Part shown: one piece after another, positions 41,001 to 56,128 of the stretch | Layout: every line of letters begins with the position of its first letter | Numbering within the stretch: the stretch's first letter is position 1 | Source: Geosiphon pyriformis uo1 | Lineage: Eukaryota; Fungi; Glomeromycota | Direction: 5' to 3' | NCBI GenBank assembly: GCA_016748015.1 | Contig: JAAOMT010000664.1 | Span: forward strand, 1,912,576-1,976,575 | Length of the DNA stretch: 64,000 nt | The notes under the pieces: generated by a model | The model's database searches: none | Told to the model about the DNA's origin: nothing | What the model saw: only the letters and a program-made list of their open reading frames with translations | Program-made: the position numbers and the translations under genes

Positions 41001-44000
41001 AGCTGTTTAAAACCAATGCTATGCTTAACTAAAATATCCAGGAGCTATAGCTAAGTTAAAATGGTCAACAAACTTAAATACTAGCTATCTACAAATACTT
41101 CAAAGCTTTTTTAAGAGAGCAATCATTGATTAAATTAGAGAAAGAAAAAAAAAAACCTATCTGAAAAGCCTATCAAGTTTTGTAAACTAAAAACAAGGAC
41201 AACAAATTACCATCAATACTCTCTTGGAATAATAATAATAATAATAATAATAAAAATAAAACAAAAGCCATTACAGCCACTAAAAAAATAACCAGTAGAT
41301 GGAATTAATCCTATTTTGTAGAGACAAAAAAAAACCACCTTATATTCTATTAAGATGTATTAATTATAAGAAGAAGCTTTTCTTTATAGAAGTCTAAATT
41401 TTGTTAGTTAAAAACTATTGGATATATACTTATTACTACTGCAAACTATAATATTAAAAATATTTTGGTTACTCTAAATAACAAGAAAAATAGAACAATA
41501 AATCATGTTTTACTTGTGAAAAAATGCTATTCAACAAAGAAATATGAAACAATATTTCTGGTCAAAAAAAAATATGTGACACATCATGTCAATATATGAT
41601 TTTTATTAGTAACTAGATGAACTGAAAAATGCTTTTTAATGCCACATAGAACTGAGCACTTTTATGTTTAAATGGTTATCCACATAATAAAAACAAAATT
41701 TGGTAAATGGCAAATGCCAAAGTTGAAAACACTTTGTTTAGAAAAATACTTATGATCAAAAACAACCCACCAAAATTTGTCAAAACTGTTTTTATTCTTA
41801 ATCCAAACATCTTTATTAACATCTTAAGTGATCCAAAACAATTTTACAAATACTACCAAGACTTAGCACCTATTAAAAAAGAGCAAAAGCAGTATTTAAA
41901 ACAATTAAATACTAGATTCTGTAAACATTGCCTAATTCCTAATGACTTTAAATATTGTGACAATTGTGACTTCATTTACAATCTACTACCATGTATGATC
42001 TATTCAATCTCCAAAAAAAAGAACCAATTAGCAAATATGCATCAAAATTGGACTTTAAATTAAATTGCAATTCAAACTCTGATAATAATAACAACAATAG
42101 TTCCAATTTTATTTACAATAGCAATGACAACAATAATAATTTAAACTTTAATTACAATTCCAAATAGTATATTGCACTTCTAGATTTGTCAATAAAGCAG
42201 AAATCTAAATGGTTCAATAATAACAATAAATATATTATGCCAGAATGCACACATAATACTAATACAAAGTTTGATCTTAGATATTCAAAAAAAACTGCTA
42301 TTAGATTAGAACTTTATTTATGAACCAGTATAAATCTGAAAATGACACTAAAAATTCTGGCAACAACAATGATTCAACTAGCTTTTAAATCTAGTTTAGT
42401 AAAAAAAGGAATTAATATCAGAAGAGAAATAATTAATATAAAATATGTAGAAAATATTATTATAATACTACAAAATAACTTAGAAAAAGAATACATAATT
42501 AAACCAAATAAAAAAATAGCACAGACAATATTCCTGCTTTTGGTTAAAATAGTTTAGTTAGTGTTAGTAGAAATAAGAAAAAAGTTAGGAATTACAACAA
42601 GAGGAATAAAAAGATTCAGAACAATAAATAGAATAGATATATCAGTTAATATGGCAGAAGAAAAAACAATTGATAAGAAAAAAATTATTTCCAATTATCA
42701 ATTAATCTTTATTCTATCATATAATTAGTATATAATAATTATAGAAAGAAAGATAAAAGAGCAACCCCAAATTTTTGAAGCTAAAACAAATATTTGTAAA
42801 TCAGAAAAAATTGTTATTACCAATCTCTACATACTAGCCAAGAACAATAAACACATTAAGATTTCAATATATAACACAATTAAAAATCTTATAAAAATAT
42901 TAAGTAGAATTATTATCAGATACTTAAGCATTGAAGTTAAAAACCAATTATCAACCACTATTCTAGACTTTCTACAACTTTATAGATATGTGAATATCAT
43001 ATTACAAATAATCTATAAATAAGAAAAGTATTATTTATTACAACCAAAACAATTGGAGCAAATGAACTTAGAAAATTTGGACCTACTTCAATGTATGTAA
43101 TTTAAAATACTACTCAACAACTTTACTAACATTTTTGTTAGTGAAAATGAATTTGGCAGAGCTGATATTATTCAATACCAGATTAAAATTGGAGATACAA
43201 TACTAATTAAACAAAGAGCATATAAAGTACTATCAGCCAGCCATAAGATTATCCAACAGGAAATTAATAAAATATTGAACAATGAGTTAATTCAATCATT
43301 AATAAGTTCATGTTTATTACCAATAGTACTTGTTCAAAAAAAGAATAAAAAGATCTGCTTTTGTATAGACTATTGAAAACTTAATAGTATTACTTATAAA
43401 GACAGTTATTTAACTTCATGAATTCAAAAATTATTCAATGTTTTCAGAGGAAAAAAATGGTTTTTAATATTAGACTTAGATAATAATTACTAACAAGTAG
43501 CCATGAATTCAACCAACAAAAAAAAGATGGCATTTACAATTAGAGAAAAAAATTTTGAATTTGATGTTATGTCTTTTGGCTTAACCAATACTTCAGCTAC
43601 CTTCTAATAGCTCATGGAAATTATATACACTGAATTACTATGGAAATCAGTAATAGTTTATTTGGATAACACCAATGTGTTCTCTAAAACATTTAATAAC
43701 CATTTCTATTATTTTCAACAAGTGTTTGAAAGATTAAGAAGAACTAGATTGAAATTGAATGCAACTAAATGCTTCTTTAACAAAACTGAATTCAAGTTTT
43801 TGGGACATGTTATAAGCAAAAATAACATTAAAACAGATCCAAACAAAATTGAAATAGTTAAAAACTTTTCAGTACCAACAAACTTAACAGAATTAAGAGC
43901 ATTTTTGGGATTTTCTAGATACTATTACCATTTTATTCAAAACTTCTCCAAATTGGCTCAACTGCTTTACCAGCTTCAAGCAAAAAATATTAAATATAAA

Positions 44001-45215
44001 TAGATTAAAACCCAACAAAAAGCTTTTGACATCTTAAAAAAAAAGCTTATTCAAGCTTTTGTATTAATTTACTTAGATTATAGCAAGCCATTTATTATTA
44101 CTACTAATACATTTAGTCAAGTATTAGGAGCTGTATTGTCACAAAAAAAAACAGATAAATAAGAACATCTAATAACATATGCCAATTGCAGTTTAAGTTT
44201 AGCCAAAAAAAACTATAAAACTCCAGTATTAGAACACTTAATTATTTATTGTGCTGTTATCAAAATAGAAAGAATACTTAAGTTAGAAATTTAATGTATA
44301 TACTAATTATAAAAAATTGACATCAATCCAAAAGCAAAAATTTGGAAACAATTATTATGCAAAATAAAAAATAAAATTATTATTATTTAATTATATCATA
44401 CATTATAAAAAATAAAATAAAATAAAAATGCCAATGGTTTGTCACAAATAAAACAAATTTAAAAACATTTTAATCCAAAAATATAACAAAAGATAAACAC
44501 ACAAAATATTAATAACTCCAACATTATATTAATACTTAACAGTTTAAAGAGAAACTATCTTAAAAAAAACAAAATTACATAAAACAACAATCAAAATATT
44601 TTATTACTTACCAAGATATACTATATCAGAAAAATAGAAAATACTCAGATCAGCCATTCAGAGTAATCACAGAACCAAAAAAAGAAACAATATTGTTTAA
44701 CATATATTCAGATCCAATAACAGAATATTTTCATAAAGAAACAACTATAAAAAAACTAAAAAAAGATACTATTGGCTATCTATGTATCCAAAAATAATCT
44801 AATTTGTTCAAAATTGTAATACTTGTTAGAAAAAAAAAGGAACAAGACCCAGTGAACCACTAAAACCAATCAAAGTAAGACAACTATTTAATTAAATTGG
44901 AATTGACTTAATTAGATTATTAACAATAACTAGCATAAGCGATTAATATATAGTAGTAGTTATAAACTATTTTACAAATAGCCAGAAGTAAAAGCAATTC
45001 AAAGAGCAGATACAGAATTTATAGCCAAATTTGTCTACCAAGATTTAATTTATTAACATAGATATTCAAAAAAATTATTATTAGATCAAAAAACTCATTT
45101 TGTAAACAAAACACTAACAGAATTAAGTTAAAGATTTGAAATTAAAAAATCATTATCATCATCATATCATCCACAAACAAATGATTTAGTCTAAAAATTC
45201 AACAGAACATTGTGT
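38017..45215 (+). mobile_element. Gypsy D-left: 5' LTR 38017-38894, PBS, gag with internal deletion, PR, Cys domain, dUTPase, RT, RH, integrase cut at NRTLC
   Basis: LTR TATTACTT..TATAATA followed by TTTGGTACTTTCTGTGAG. Jumps at ~38942 to the end of the capsid; knuckle CHYCGKQRHLKLDC; RT ORF 43614-44003 (VIVYLDNTNVFS..FLGHVIS). Confidence 0.9.
39650..40649 (-). mobile_element. Solo LTR, family A (1000 bp), antisense in Gypsy D; TSD CCAT/CTAT
   Basis: TGTTATC...GATAACA; reverse-complement homolog of 26107-27048. Removal restores DKLFTAIFLFKIE. Confidence 0.92.
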
Positions 45216-48200
45216 TGTTATAGATAAACTTAGAAATATATAGTAGTAATATTTGGTGCTCAAAATTTGGATTTCTAAGGAGCTTTTGAAGGTTTTTTGT
45301 TAGTAGACTTGTTTAATATGTCAGTATTATTAGTCTTTAAAAATCTTTTTGATTAATATGAATTTACCTGTAGAGTTTTTTGGTTATAACGCACAGAAAA
45401 ATAGTTTTGCAGTATTGTAATTTCGTGTATATAAGCTATCTTTTCTAAGTTAGTCAAGTGCAGTTACTAAAATTTGGTAATATTTTTTTACTCTGTTGAT
45501 AAGCTAATAAGATAATATTAATATTCAATCTTAGGAAGAACTTTTTTTTTTTACCAGATTATCACAAAGTCTATTTTCAGACAATTAATTTTTCTATGTT
45601 GCTGCTTCACAAAAGAAAACAAAATAAAAAATAAAAATAAAAATAAAGAAAAATAAAAGAAGAGAAATTAGTATTATTAATTGTCATAATCAAAAACAAT
45701 TGGTCTAAATTGTACTGATTTAAAACAGTTTTATGCTAAGAGCATCTGATTGGAAACAAAAGTAAAAACAAGATTAATTCAGCTAAAATATATAAGTATA
45801 GAAATTATATAGATGTGGATTTTGGTTTTTTTAATATTTTTTTTATTTTAGTAATATAAAATATAGAATATAGCAAGAAATATATAACAGATATAGGTAA
45901 AAGAAAGTTGATTTTTGTCTATTTGTTTGTCTTTTTATCTTTTATAATTACTATTTTTTATATATTTCTCTTAGTTTTATAAGACTACTTTTAATTGTTT
46001 CATTATTGTTAACTATTGCTTACTATTTCTGTTATTGCTTCATTTCTCTATATTATTACTAGTTATCTTAAGTTTGACTAGTTTTTTTGTATTATATTAC
46101 ATTTTTATATTTTGTATTGTGTTATTATGTATTATTCTGTATTCTTTTACATTATTCTGTATTATTTTATGTTATTATGTTTTAATTATGTTTCTTTATA
46201 ACTTGAATTGGTTTTTTTATTCGTATAACATTATTTCTCTCTTTTAAAATTGAGCTTTTGTAAAATTGTATGCATTTGTAAAACTTTTATTTTTCATATA
46301 ATGTTCAATTGTTGCTTTAATTATTGCTTTTTTTAAGTTATTGAATTTTGTATTCATTATTTGTTCTATATTGTTAATTGTAATGGTCTTTAAGAAACTG
46401 TTTAGCAATATAATTGGGCAGTATTTAAATACTATATATAATTAATATGTTGCTTTGTAGTATAATGTTAAGTTGTTTCTTCTTATGAATACTTTTATTT
46501 GTTTGAAAGCTTTTTTGTTAAATGTTTGTTAATTGAAGTCTTTATATAGTGTTTTTAATTTTATTTGTTTATCAATCTTATAGAACCAAGAAACTAGTAG
46601 AAGTTTTTTTTTCATACTCTGGAGTTTTTAGGTGTTCATTTTTCTGTTATTGGTTTTAATGCTAATCTGTTCAAAACTTTTTTTATTTCTTCAAGCTTGG
46701 CCTAATACATATATCTTTTTTTTTTCTTAATTGTTTATAAAAATGAAAACATTCAGTTCTAGTTGAATTCTTGCTTACACTTTTTTTGCTCTTGTCTTTG
46801 TATTATATCTCTTTTCTATTAATTGTGATTTTTATTTGAGTTGTGAATTGTTAAATTGCCTCAAATAGTTGTTTTGAGAGTTTTAGAATTTGATCTAAAA
46901 GATCTATGTTGAGAGTTCTATTATTTTTTTTGCTGTTTCAGCTGTTATATATACTTAAATTTTCCAATTAAATATTTATATGTTGATGTTTTAATGACAA
47001 TAATTGGTCTCAAATCTTGTGGTATATTTTCTGGTTTGATTAATGAAATCTGTGTTTTTAGTTGCAGTACAAATAACAATGTTTTTTGTTTTGTATAATA
47101 AATTTTCAACCAATTTTTATGTGCTACTTTTTTTAAAGTTTTGTTTTCCAATCTTAATTTGTAAGCTCTATTGTCTAAAACTTTGTGTATGTAAAATAGA
47201 CCATCTCACTTTAGGTTAAACTTTTTACTCTACTGTTTTTTAGCCTTTGTACAATATAATAGTATATGGTTTTCAATTTTGAATTCAATTGGTTGGTCAG
47301 GTAGACAATTATTATGTCTTTTTTTCTGTTGTTTTTAAGCTTTATTGATATTGTTAGCTATTGTTTTATGATTTTTTTCCAATATTTCTATAAGCTGATA
47401 TGTTTTTTAGTATAAAGTATTTTCAAAATTTTTCTTGGTAATTGTGTTTGTTGAAAAAAAAATATTTCTCATTTAATAGGTAGGATAGTTTTTCTTTTAT
47501 AAACTAGTTTAAATGGTGTAAACTAGATAGTATTTTGCTTTAATGTTTAATATACAAATAATACAAAAAGTATAAATAAGTCATATTTTTGTGTATTTTT
47601 GTAACTTATTTTTGCTAATGCTTTATACAATGTTCAGTTAAATTGTTTTACTAGTTTATTTGTTTGTGGGTGATAGAATAACAATAAAAGTTATTTTATT
47701 CTAAATTATTGGCTTAGTTTAGTTAGCATATTATTGACAAAATACATTTCTTAATTAAATAACAATTTTTTTAGACATTTATAGTGGCAAATTAGATCTT
47801 GGTATACAAACTCAGCTACTGTTTTAACATTAGCCACTTGGATTACTCTGGCTTTTGGCCACTTGATAAGATAATCTATAGCTATAGCTATGTAACAATT
47901 TCTTTTAGATATAATTAAAAAAAAACTAACCAAATTAATCTCTATTTTATCAAATGAATTTTTAATTAGAATAAGTCAAAATGGTTCTGTTGTTCTGGCT
48001 TCTTCTTTTTGTTGGCATAAGTTATAGTTGAGGACATATTCAAAGATGTTTTTATATATTATTGGCCAATAGTATAAATTTATGATTCTTTTTAAAGTAA
48101 CATCTTTATTAAAGTGTTTTGTAGTTGGGTTAAAATGCATACTATGCAAAACAGTTTTTTTTTCATTGTCTTTTATAACTCATTATGGAGTAATACAGTT

Positions 48201-51200
48201 TTGGTGTTTTTAATAATATAGTTGGTTGTTCTGAATAAAGTAATTATGAGCTTGTTTCTGTATATTACTTTGTTCTTGTTAAGATAATAGTCCTTTAAAC
48301 TGAAAAGTTGATAAATATTAATGTAATTACTAGTAGGTGATTGTATCTATAGATTCAAGATTAAATTTGCATTATTTTCAACAAACTGTCAGCATTGATG
48401 TTTTTGGATCCTTCTTTATAATAAACTTTATATGAAAATTGTTGTATATAAGTATTCTATCATGGATATTTTTTTTCAGTTGTGGTTTATTAAGTAACTA
48501 AATAAGTTTTTTATGATTAGTATATAGATTAAATAGTTGGCAAAGATAGTATCTCCAATTTTGTACTGTCCAGTAGATGATAAGGCATTCTAAATCTGTC
48601 ATATTATATATTTTCTTTATTGTGCTAGTGCTGTAACTGGCATAAGTAATTAAATACTCTCTATTATTTGGTTTAATTTGTAATAGGATGGCTCCTAGTG
48701 CATTTTTAAGATGTCTGTAATGACAATAAAACATTTATTCAAGTCTGAATAAATTAATATTGATGTTTCTATTAGGCACTGTTTAAGATAATTAAATATC
48801 TTTTGCTGTTCTTTCTTTTATAAATATGAAACATGTTTTAATAGTAAATAATAAAGAAGTTTTGCAATGTTGAAGAAGTTTTTAATAAACTGGCAATAAT
48901 ATTCTGTCAGTTCTAAAAATTTTTATAATTCTCACAGATTGATTAGGGCTGCAAAATTTTTAACTTTCTGAACTTTATTTGGGTTGGGTTTTATTCTATC
49001 TTTGCCTATTATATGTCCCAAAAATTTAAGTTCAGTCTTTCTAAAAAAACATTTATCAGAGTTGTGTTTTAGTTTGGCACTCTGAAGATGATCAAAAATT
49101 TGTTGGAAATAAAGCAAATAGTTATTAAATATTTTAGAAAATACATTGATATTATTATTACAGGTGATTATTTGGAGTGTGAAAACAAATAACAAACCCA
49201 TAACTTGGTGCTCAATAACTGGTATAGTTAATAATATCTAAAGATTTTGTTAATTTAAAGGTTTTGGTTGAGTTTTTTATATAATAGACAGAGATTCAAT
49301 GATTGTTTTAGTATCTTCCCAAAAGTGTATTTCATGAATTTTTTTCTCAGCTTGATGGCCAGTTTCTTCTGATAAACTATTTTCAAATTCTGAGTTTTTA
49401 TTCTTATTCTTGGATTTTTTACCAGTTTTTTTTTAATGTCAATAATTTTATGCATTAATCTTTTAATTAATTAGTAAACACAAACAAAATAAAAAAAAAT
49501 AAAAAATAAAAATAAAAAAAATAAAAAAAAATAAGAAATTAATATCCCATTAATAGCCATAATCAAAAACTATTGGTCCAGTGTAATTAAATATTAGAAT
49601 CTATCAACATAGAGTGTTAATAGAGTGGAAGTAATTGAATATTTCTTAATTAAACAACAATAACATAAATTCAGATAATAATTGATATTTTATTGATATG
49701 TAATTTAATTCCATTTTAAGTTGTAGAAAACTACTTTTTGAAGAGAAAAGTGTTGAATAATTAATTGATTCTAAACTAGGTTCTGGGATAGATTCTGTTT
49801 TTTTTGCTTTTAATATTCTTACTATATATACATATTTCTTTGTTTTATAAGATCTCATATTTTTCTGAGCAATGTGTTTTAATTTACTAATAATGCTTAT
49901 ATTGCTAAGCAGTGTGCTCTAATTTACTGACATTGCTCATATTGCTAAGCAGTATGTTATAATTCACTAGCAATATATTATAATTTTCTAATATTGTGTT
50001 TATGTGTTAAGTATTATTTTTTTATTGATATATTTTCTTATCTGTTTTTTTAGTTTTTTTTCTTTGTATTTTTTTATGAATAATATTGTTCAGATATACT
50101 ATGACTGATTTTCAAAGAATTTTTTATACACAACATCCATAAGACACTAAAAAATAGTAGAAATATTGCAGAGTTTAAAGAGCATTATATTGAATTTGAA
50201 ATTTCTATCTTATGTGATAAATGCTGTTTTTTTTTTGTCTTTAAAGTTTATCTCAACTTGCCAATATCTACTGGCTAAATCTAAGAATAAAAACCATTTT
50301 TTATTTCCCAAATTATTTAGAATTTTTTGAATTAGAAAAGTAGAATAATTATCCTCTTAAATAATGCTATTTAACTTTTGGTAGTCTATGCAAAACTGTA
50401 TTTTCCCATTTTTTTTGGTGATCAATATGACTGGAAAAGACCAAGAGCTTAATGATTTTTTGATCAATTTGTTATCAAACATTTATTGTACTTTTTGTTT
50501 AATCAAATTATCACCTGCTGAGATTACTTAATAGGCCTGTTATTTAATAACTCATGTATTTCCTGTGTCAATCTGGTGTTTTATGATGTCAGTGTATCTG
50601 AATTTATTTTTGCTAGCAAAAACATCAGAATATTGGTTTAAGACAATTTTGAATTGTATTTGTTGCAGTGTATTCAAGTTTTCTAAATTCAGTTTAGCAA
50701 TTTTTTTGGATGTAAACAAGTAACTTTTTTTTGACAGATTTTATACTTGCAAAGTAATATTACAAAATAAAAACAGTTGTGCAAAGTTCAAAATAGGCTG
50801 TGGTTTCTCAGAATTTTGAATGTTAAAGAAAATGAAGCCAACAAGAGTTTTTTGGGAATTTTGATAACATTTTCAGTAAGATTGTAGATAAGAATTTTAA
50901 AATATTTATAAGTCTTAACAAAGATATAGATTAGCAATGTCAGCTAAACAACAAATTTCTGGGTTGGCTTCAAATAATAAGACTTGGTCTTAAATCTTTC
51001 AATCTACTTTGAGAATGTATTGTTAATATGGAGGAATAAAAATAACTGTGTTGGTATAGATAAATTCTATCTTGTTACTGTTTTCTTCTATAAAATTAAT
51101 TGGCATATTCTCTCTTTTACTTAATTTAAACTTATTAATATCTTTGGTAGTAAGACTTAGTTTATTGTATGATGTAATTAAAGTTAATTGTGATATTTTT

Positions 51201-54200
51201 ACAAAGAATAAGAAAATAGCTTAAGCAATTTTTTCTTGTAATTCAATTGTATAAAATTTATTGGAATTGTTTTGTAACATAACAATGATGTTTTTTGTGT
51301 ATTTAGTATTAATAATTTCTTTTTTTACATTAATTTTTTTTTTTGCAAGGCTTGATCATAAGGCAATCTGAACCATAGTATTAATAAAAATTTCTAAAGC
51401 TATTTTAAGATCTATTTTTACAAGAAAGTATGGAACTATAACTACAAAAGATTGTTTAGAGTATTTTAAATCAAATTCAACATCATTTTCGTGTGCTTTT
51501 TTAAGACAAATTTTTTTGTTGTTATTACTATACTATTTTAATTTTAATTCCTTGAAGAGGTTGAAATAAGCAAGATACTGTTTTATTTTAGTAGTGTTAT
51601 TTGGCTCTTGAAATAAAATGTCCTTAGCATTAAACTCATATTTTTTTTTGGTTTTAGTAGTTCAATGATAGGATATAGTGTTCTTGAAAATAGATTAAAT
51701 ATAAGATTACACTTGTCACAGTATTAAAAATGACAAGGAATCAAGCAATGATCACACAATTTTGTATTAAGGTCTGTTAGTATCTGTTTCTGTTCTTCTT
51801 AAATTAAGACCAGTTTTTAGTATTAGTCTTAGAATGTTTTAAAGTCATCCATAAATATGTTGTCTATTTTTTTAATTGTTATTAAAACATTTTTTATAAC
51901 ATATATTTCCTTGATAGTAACTTCTTTCTATTTGGCTGTGGTTATTTTCCAAATTTTTTTTTTATCATAAGGCCATAAATTCAGTTGGTTTATTGTTCAA
52001 CTATATATTGTTACGAATGAGGTGTTTTTTTGGTCTAGTCATTTATTAAGATAATGTATTGACACAATTCATTACATGTTTCTCTTCTGCCTGAAACATC
52101 ATTTTACAATTCTTTATTTGGTTAAATTTCACTATATATAAAGCATAACATATTGTTCTATTTGCCTTGTTGCTTAGATTATCTATATTATTTCAATATA
52201 CAAAATTAGCAGTAATATTTGGTGGTTGTTGGTCATACTTTGTTATCTTTGACACAAGTGTTTATTAAAGACAACTTCTTTCTATAATCAATACAGATTA
52301 ATTTAGGAGATTAATAGAGTTGTTTTCTTTGATTTAAACTTAGATAGATTGGTAGTAATTTGGAAAGTTTTTCATCAACTCTTTTTTTACTTTTTTCTTT
52401 CCAAGTAAGAAGTAATGGTAGCTCTGTTTTGTAATTATTAGCCCATAAAACTTAGTAAGTTTCTAATATTAGTGGTAACACTATTTTTTCAAATTTGATT
52501 AATGGTTGGTTTGAGTTTTGGGTTCTGAAATATCTACACATGATGGGTATTCGAACATATTGTCCATTAAAAGTAATTTGAAGTTCTTGTGTATTCCAAT
52601 TAAGGGTGGCATGAGCTTTTAATAGCCAATTGTTTCCTATAAAGACTTGGTATTAGGTGGCTTCTATGATGAGTATTTTAGTGGGAATTGAAATTCCATT
52701 AATTTTAAAGAAAAAATTATCAATTTTTCTTATTAGAATTTTAATATTCCTATTTACAATAATTATTTGGGCAGTAACAGTACAGTTCACTTAATGACTT
52801 AGTTGGTCTATGAGTTGTTTTATCATAATGCTATCCGCAAATTTACTATTGAGTATTAATTTAATATCTACTTGTTCTACTTTAGTATTGATATATATTG
52901 CTGTAATTGGCTTATTTTGATTAATGGCAGCTTTGCTAAAAAGATCAATAGTGTTCAGATTATCAATGTTAAATAAAAATATAGTGGCAAAGATATTATC
53001 ATCTGTAATTGTGGCAGATAAAATCATATTAATAGACAAATTAATGTTTTGATTAAAAGGATTGCTAATTTTGGTTACATTTTTCTCTTTTAAAGATATA
53101 ATATTACCAAAATCTAGAATTTTGGTAAGACCAAAGTACAAGATCTGGTTAAAATATCCAGTTTGTGCTGCTTGAGATGGTATATTGCCTTAATTTACTG
53201 GTTGAATTGGCTTATTGATAGGTTGTGTCTGATTTTTACTAGTGCTTTGTTATTCTTAATTGTAGTCAATTGTTTAAAATCTGGAATGGCTATATATAAA
53301 AACTTGGTACTAAAGCATTATTTGCACTATTGTTTATAATGACTGATAGTAATTTTGAGGTGGTTGATATGACTACTGTAGTGGCTAATATTGAGGTATG
53401 AAATATTAAAGTCCTATAACTTAAAGATATCTTTGTTGTTGTAAATATTGGTTTTCTTGGTTTTGGTTTGTTATTTTTTTTTAGCAGTTCTGAACAATAT
53501 GTTTGGGTTTTTAACAGTAGTAACAGTTGTGAAAATCTGATTTCTAAGGTTGTTGTTGTTGTTGTCAATTTTGTTAATACTGATATTGATTATTGTTGTC
53601 TCTATATTGTGATGGCTAATAGGTTCTTGTGGTTCTGGTTAAAAATTCCTTATTTTTTAAGTTAATTTCTCACTTAATTGGGTAAGCTTAGTGTTGATAT
53701 CTAAGATTCTATTTATGGCCAAATTAATGACTTGAGTATAATTGGCTTTTTGCTCTGCTAATCCGAAATCACAAGCCAGAATAATAGTGTCTGGTAATGT
53801 GATTAGGTGGTAGAGTTTCATAGATTGTAGAATACTGCTTTTTAATTCTTTAATGAATTTGTTGAGAATCTGTTTTGAGGTATAATATTCTCTTTTAATT
53901 GTCTGTATTTGTTGAAAAACTTAATTAAACTGTCTAAAATAAGTGGTTACTGCTTTGTGGTCTTTTTGTTTTATTATACTGAATTGATTTTGTAGTTGAA
54001 TAAGCATATTGGGATTACAAAAATATTGTAGAAAGACAAGTTTAAAAGCAGCAAAGTCAGTTGGTTTCTTTTTGAGACTTTGGTATCATAAGTTTGCAGT
54101 TCCTACTAAAAAAAAAGGCAGTGCTTGAATAATTCTGGTATTATCTCAATTGTTGGTAATAATTGTTTTTTTAGCTTCTGCTATCTAAGTGTATGTATTA

Positions 54201-56128
54201 TCTTCTTTTCTGAAAAATTTTTCCAGTCTAGCAATATCTTAGTAAACTATTATCTGAGTGACAAAAAATAGTTTACTTGTTGATAATAAGAGATTTAATA
54301 GTAATGTACTATATTGTTCTTCAAATGCTAATATTTATTGTTTCTCTTTATTATTAGGGCCAATAAGTAACAAAATGGCTGCTTTTTTTGTAAAGGTGGT
54401 TGCTAACTCTGTTAATGGCTGTGCTAGTGGTGATGTCTAAAAAAACATGCTTTTACCAAGTTTGCTGACTGTTGAAGTAAGATTGCTAAATAGTAATTCG
54501 TATTCTTTCAGGATTTTTGTTCAAAAATTATTATTATAGCCTTAAAAGTACAGAGTTCTAAGAGTTTTTGAAGTTTTTGTTTGTGCCTTTATGAATTGGT
54601 TGAATAGAATTTTACTTTCTGGTATTTAATAGTATGATAAGATAGTTGCAAAAAAAACCTTGATTTCTTATTAACTGTAAAGCATATTTGTTTTTTTACT
54701 ATTGTTATATTATTGAATTCAGATTCAAATTTTGTAAAATCAGATTTCACTATTTGTTTTTCTTTTAATTGAGAATATTATTTTGCCATGTATTCTTCGA
54801 TTTTTTCATCAATTATATAAAGAGTCTCAGCTATAACTTGAATAGTAGTTTTTGTTAAATATGTTAATAATTTTTGATAAATTTGTTCTTTAAGTTTTTT
54901 TGTATTTGTTGCTTAGCCTAATAAACAGTCAATCTTATTATGTATATATTAACAAAAATCATTCTCTGTAATGATAGTTTCTGATGGTATCCCCAAGTTT
55001 TTTCTAAAGTATTGAAATAAGGCTTTTTTATATAGTGAGTAATCTTTTTCTATTGTTTTAATAGTTACCATTTTTGTAAATTTCTGAGATGTTCTGTCTC
55101 TGTGGATTTTATAATCTTACAGAAAGCACCAAATGTTATGGGCAAACTTGGGAGTATATAATAATAATATTTGGTGCTCAAAATTTGGGTTTTTAGAAAG
55201 CTTTTAAAGAGTTTCTGTTAGTAGACTTGTTTGATGTATCAGTATTATCAGTTTCTAAAGGTTTTTTTGATTGATGTGAATTTACCCATAGAGTTTTTTG
55301 GTTATAAGACACAGAAAAATGGTTTTGCAGTATTATAACTTTGTGTATATAAGCTATCTTCTCTAAGTTAGTTAAATGCAGTTACTAAGATTCAACAGTG
55401 TCTTTTTGCTTTTCTAGTAAGCTAACAAAATAATATTAATATTCAATCCTAAAAGGAGCTTTTTTCTTTTACCAAGCTATTACAAAATCTATTCTTAGAC
55501 AGTCAATTTTTCTATGTTGTCACTTTACAAAAAAAAACAAAATAAAAAAAAATAAAAAAGGAGAAATTAGTATTATTAATTACTGTGTTCAAGAATAATT
55601 AGTTCAAGTTGTACTGGTTTAAAGCAGTTTTATGCTAAGAGTATTTGGCTGGAAATAAAGATAAGAACAAGATTAATTTAGCTAAAATGTGTGAATATGG
55701 AAATTATATAGATGTAAATTTTGGTTTTCCTAATATTTTTTTATTTTAGTAATATAAGATATAGAATATAACAAAAGATATATAACAGATATAGGTAAAA
55801 GAAAGTTAATTTTTGTCTATCTGTTTGTCTTTCTATTTTTTATAACTATTCTCTTTTATATATTTTTTTTAGTTTTACAAGACTGCTTTTGATTGTTTCA
55901 TTATTGTTAATTATTGCTTGCTATTTTTATTATTACTTTATTTCTCTACATTATTACTAGTTATTCTAAGTTTAATTAATTCTTTTGTGCATTTTTGCAT
56001 TTTGTATTGTGTTATTCTAAGTTATTATATGTTATTTTATATTCTTTTGTATTATTCTGTATTATTTTATGTTATCATGTTTTGATCATGTTTTTATAAC
56101 TTAAATTGGTTTTTTTACTTAGATAATA
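45216..56128 (-). mobile_element. Gypsy E (family-C LTRs 55134-56128 and 45216-46230): divergent subfamily with the same domain layout; no matching TSD
   Basis: PBS at 55116-55133; gag ATG at 55071; knuckle CYYC*KPKHIVQNC ~53485-53530; PR ~52600-52900; Cys domain; dUTPase; RT; RH ending IMQI* at 48361; integrase 48350-46945; ORF3; PPT AAAAGAGAGAAATAA at 46231-46245. Confidence 0.92.
49156..50085 (-). mobile_element. Solo LTR, family D-like (930 bp), inserted in the YLDD codons of Gypsy E RT; TSD TTAT/TTGT
   Basis: Reverse complement is colinear with LTR 58061-58992. Removal restores VYLNNINVFS (=VYLDDINVFS). Confidence 0.9.
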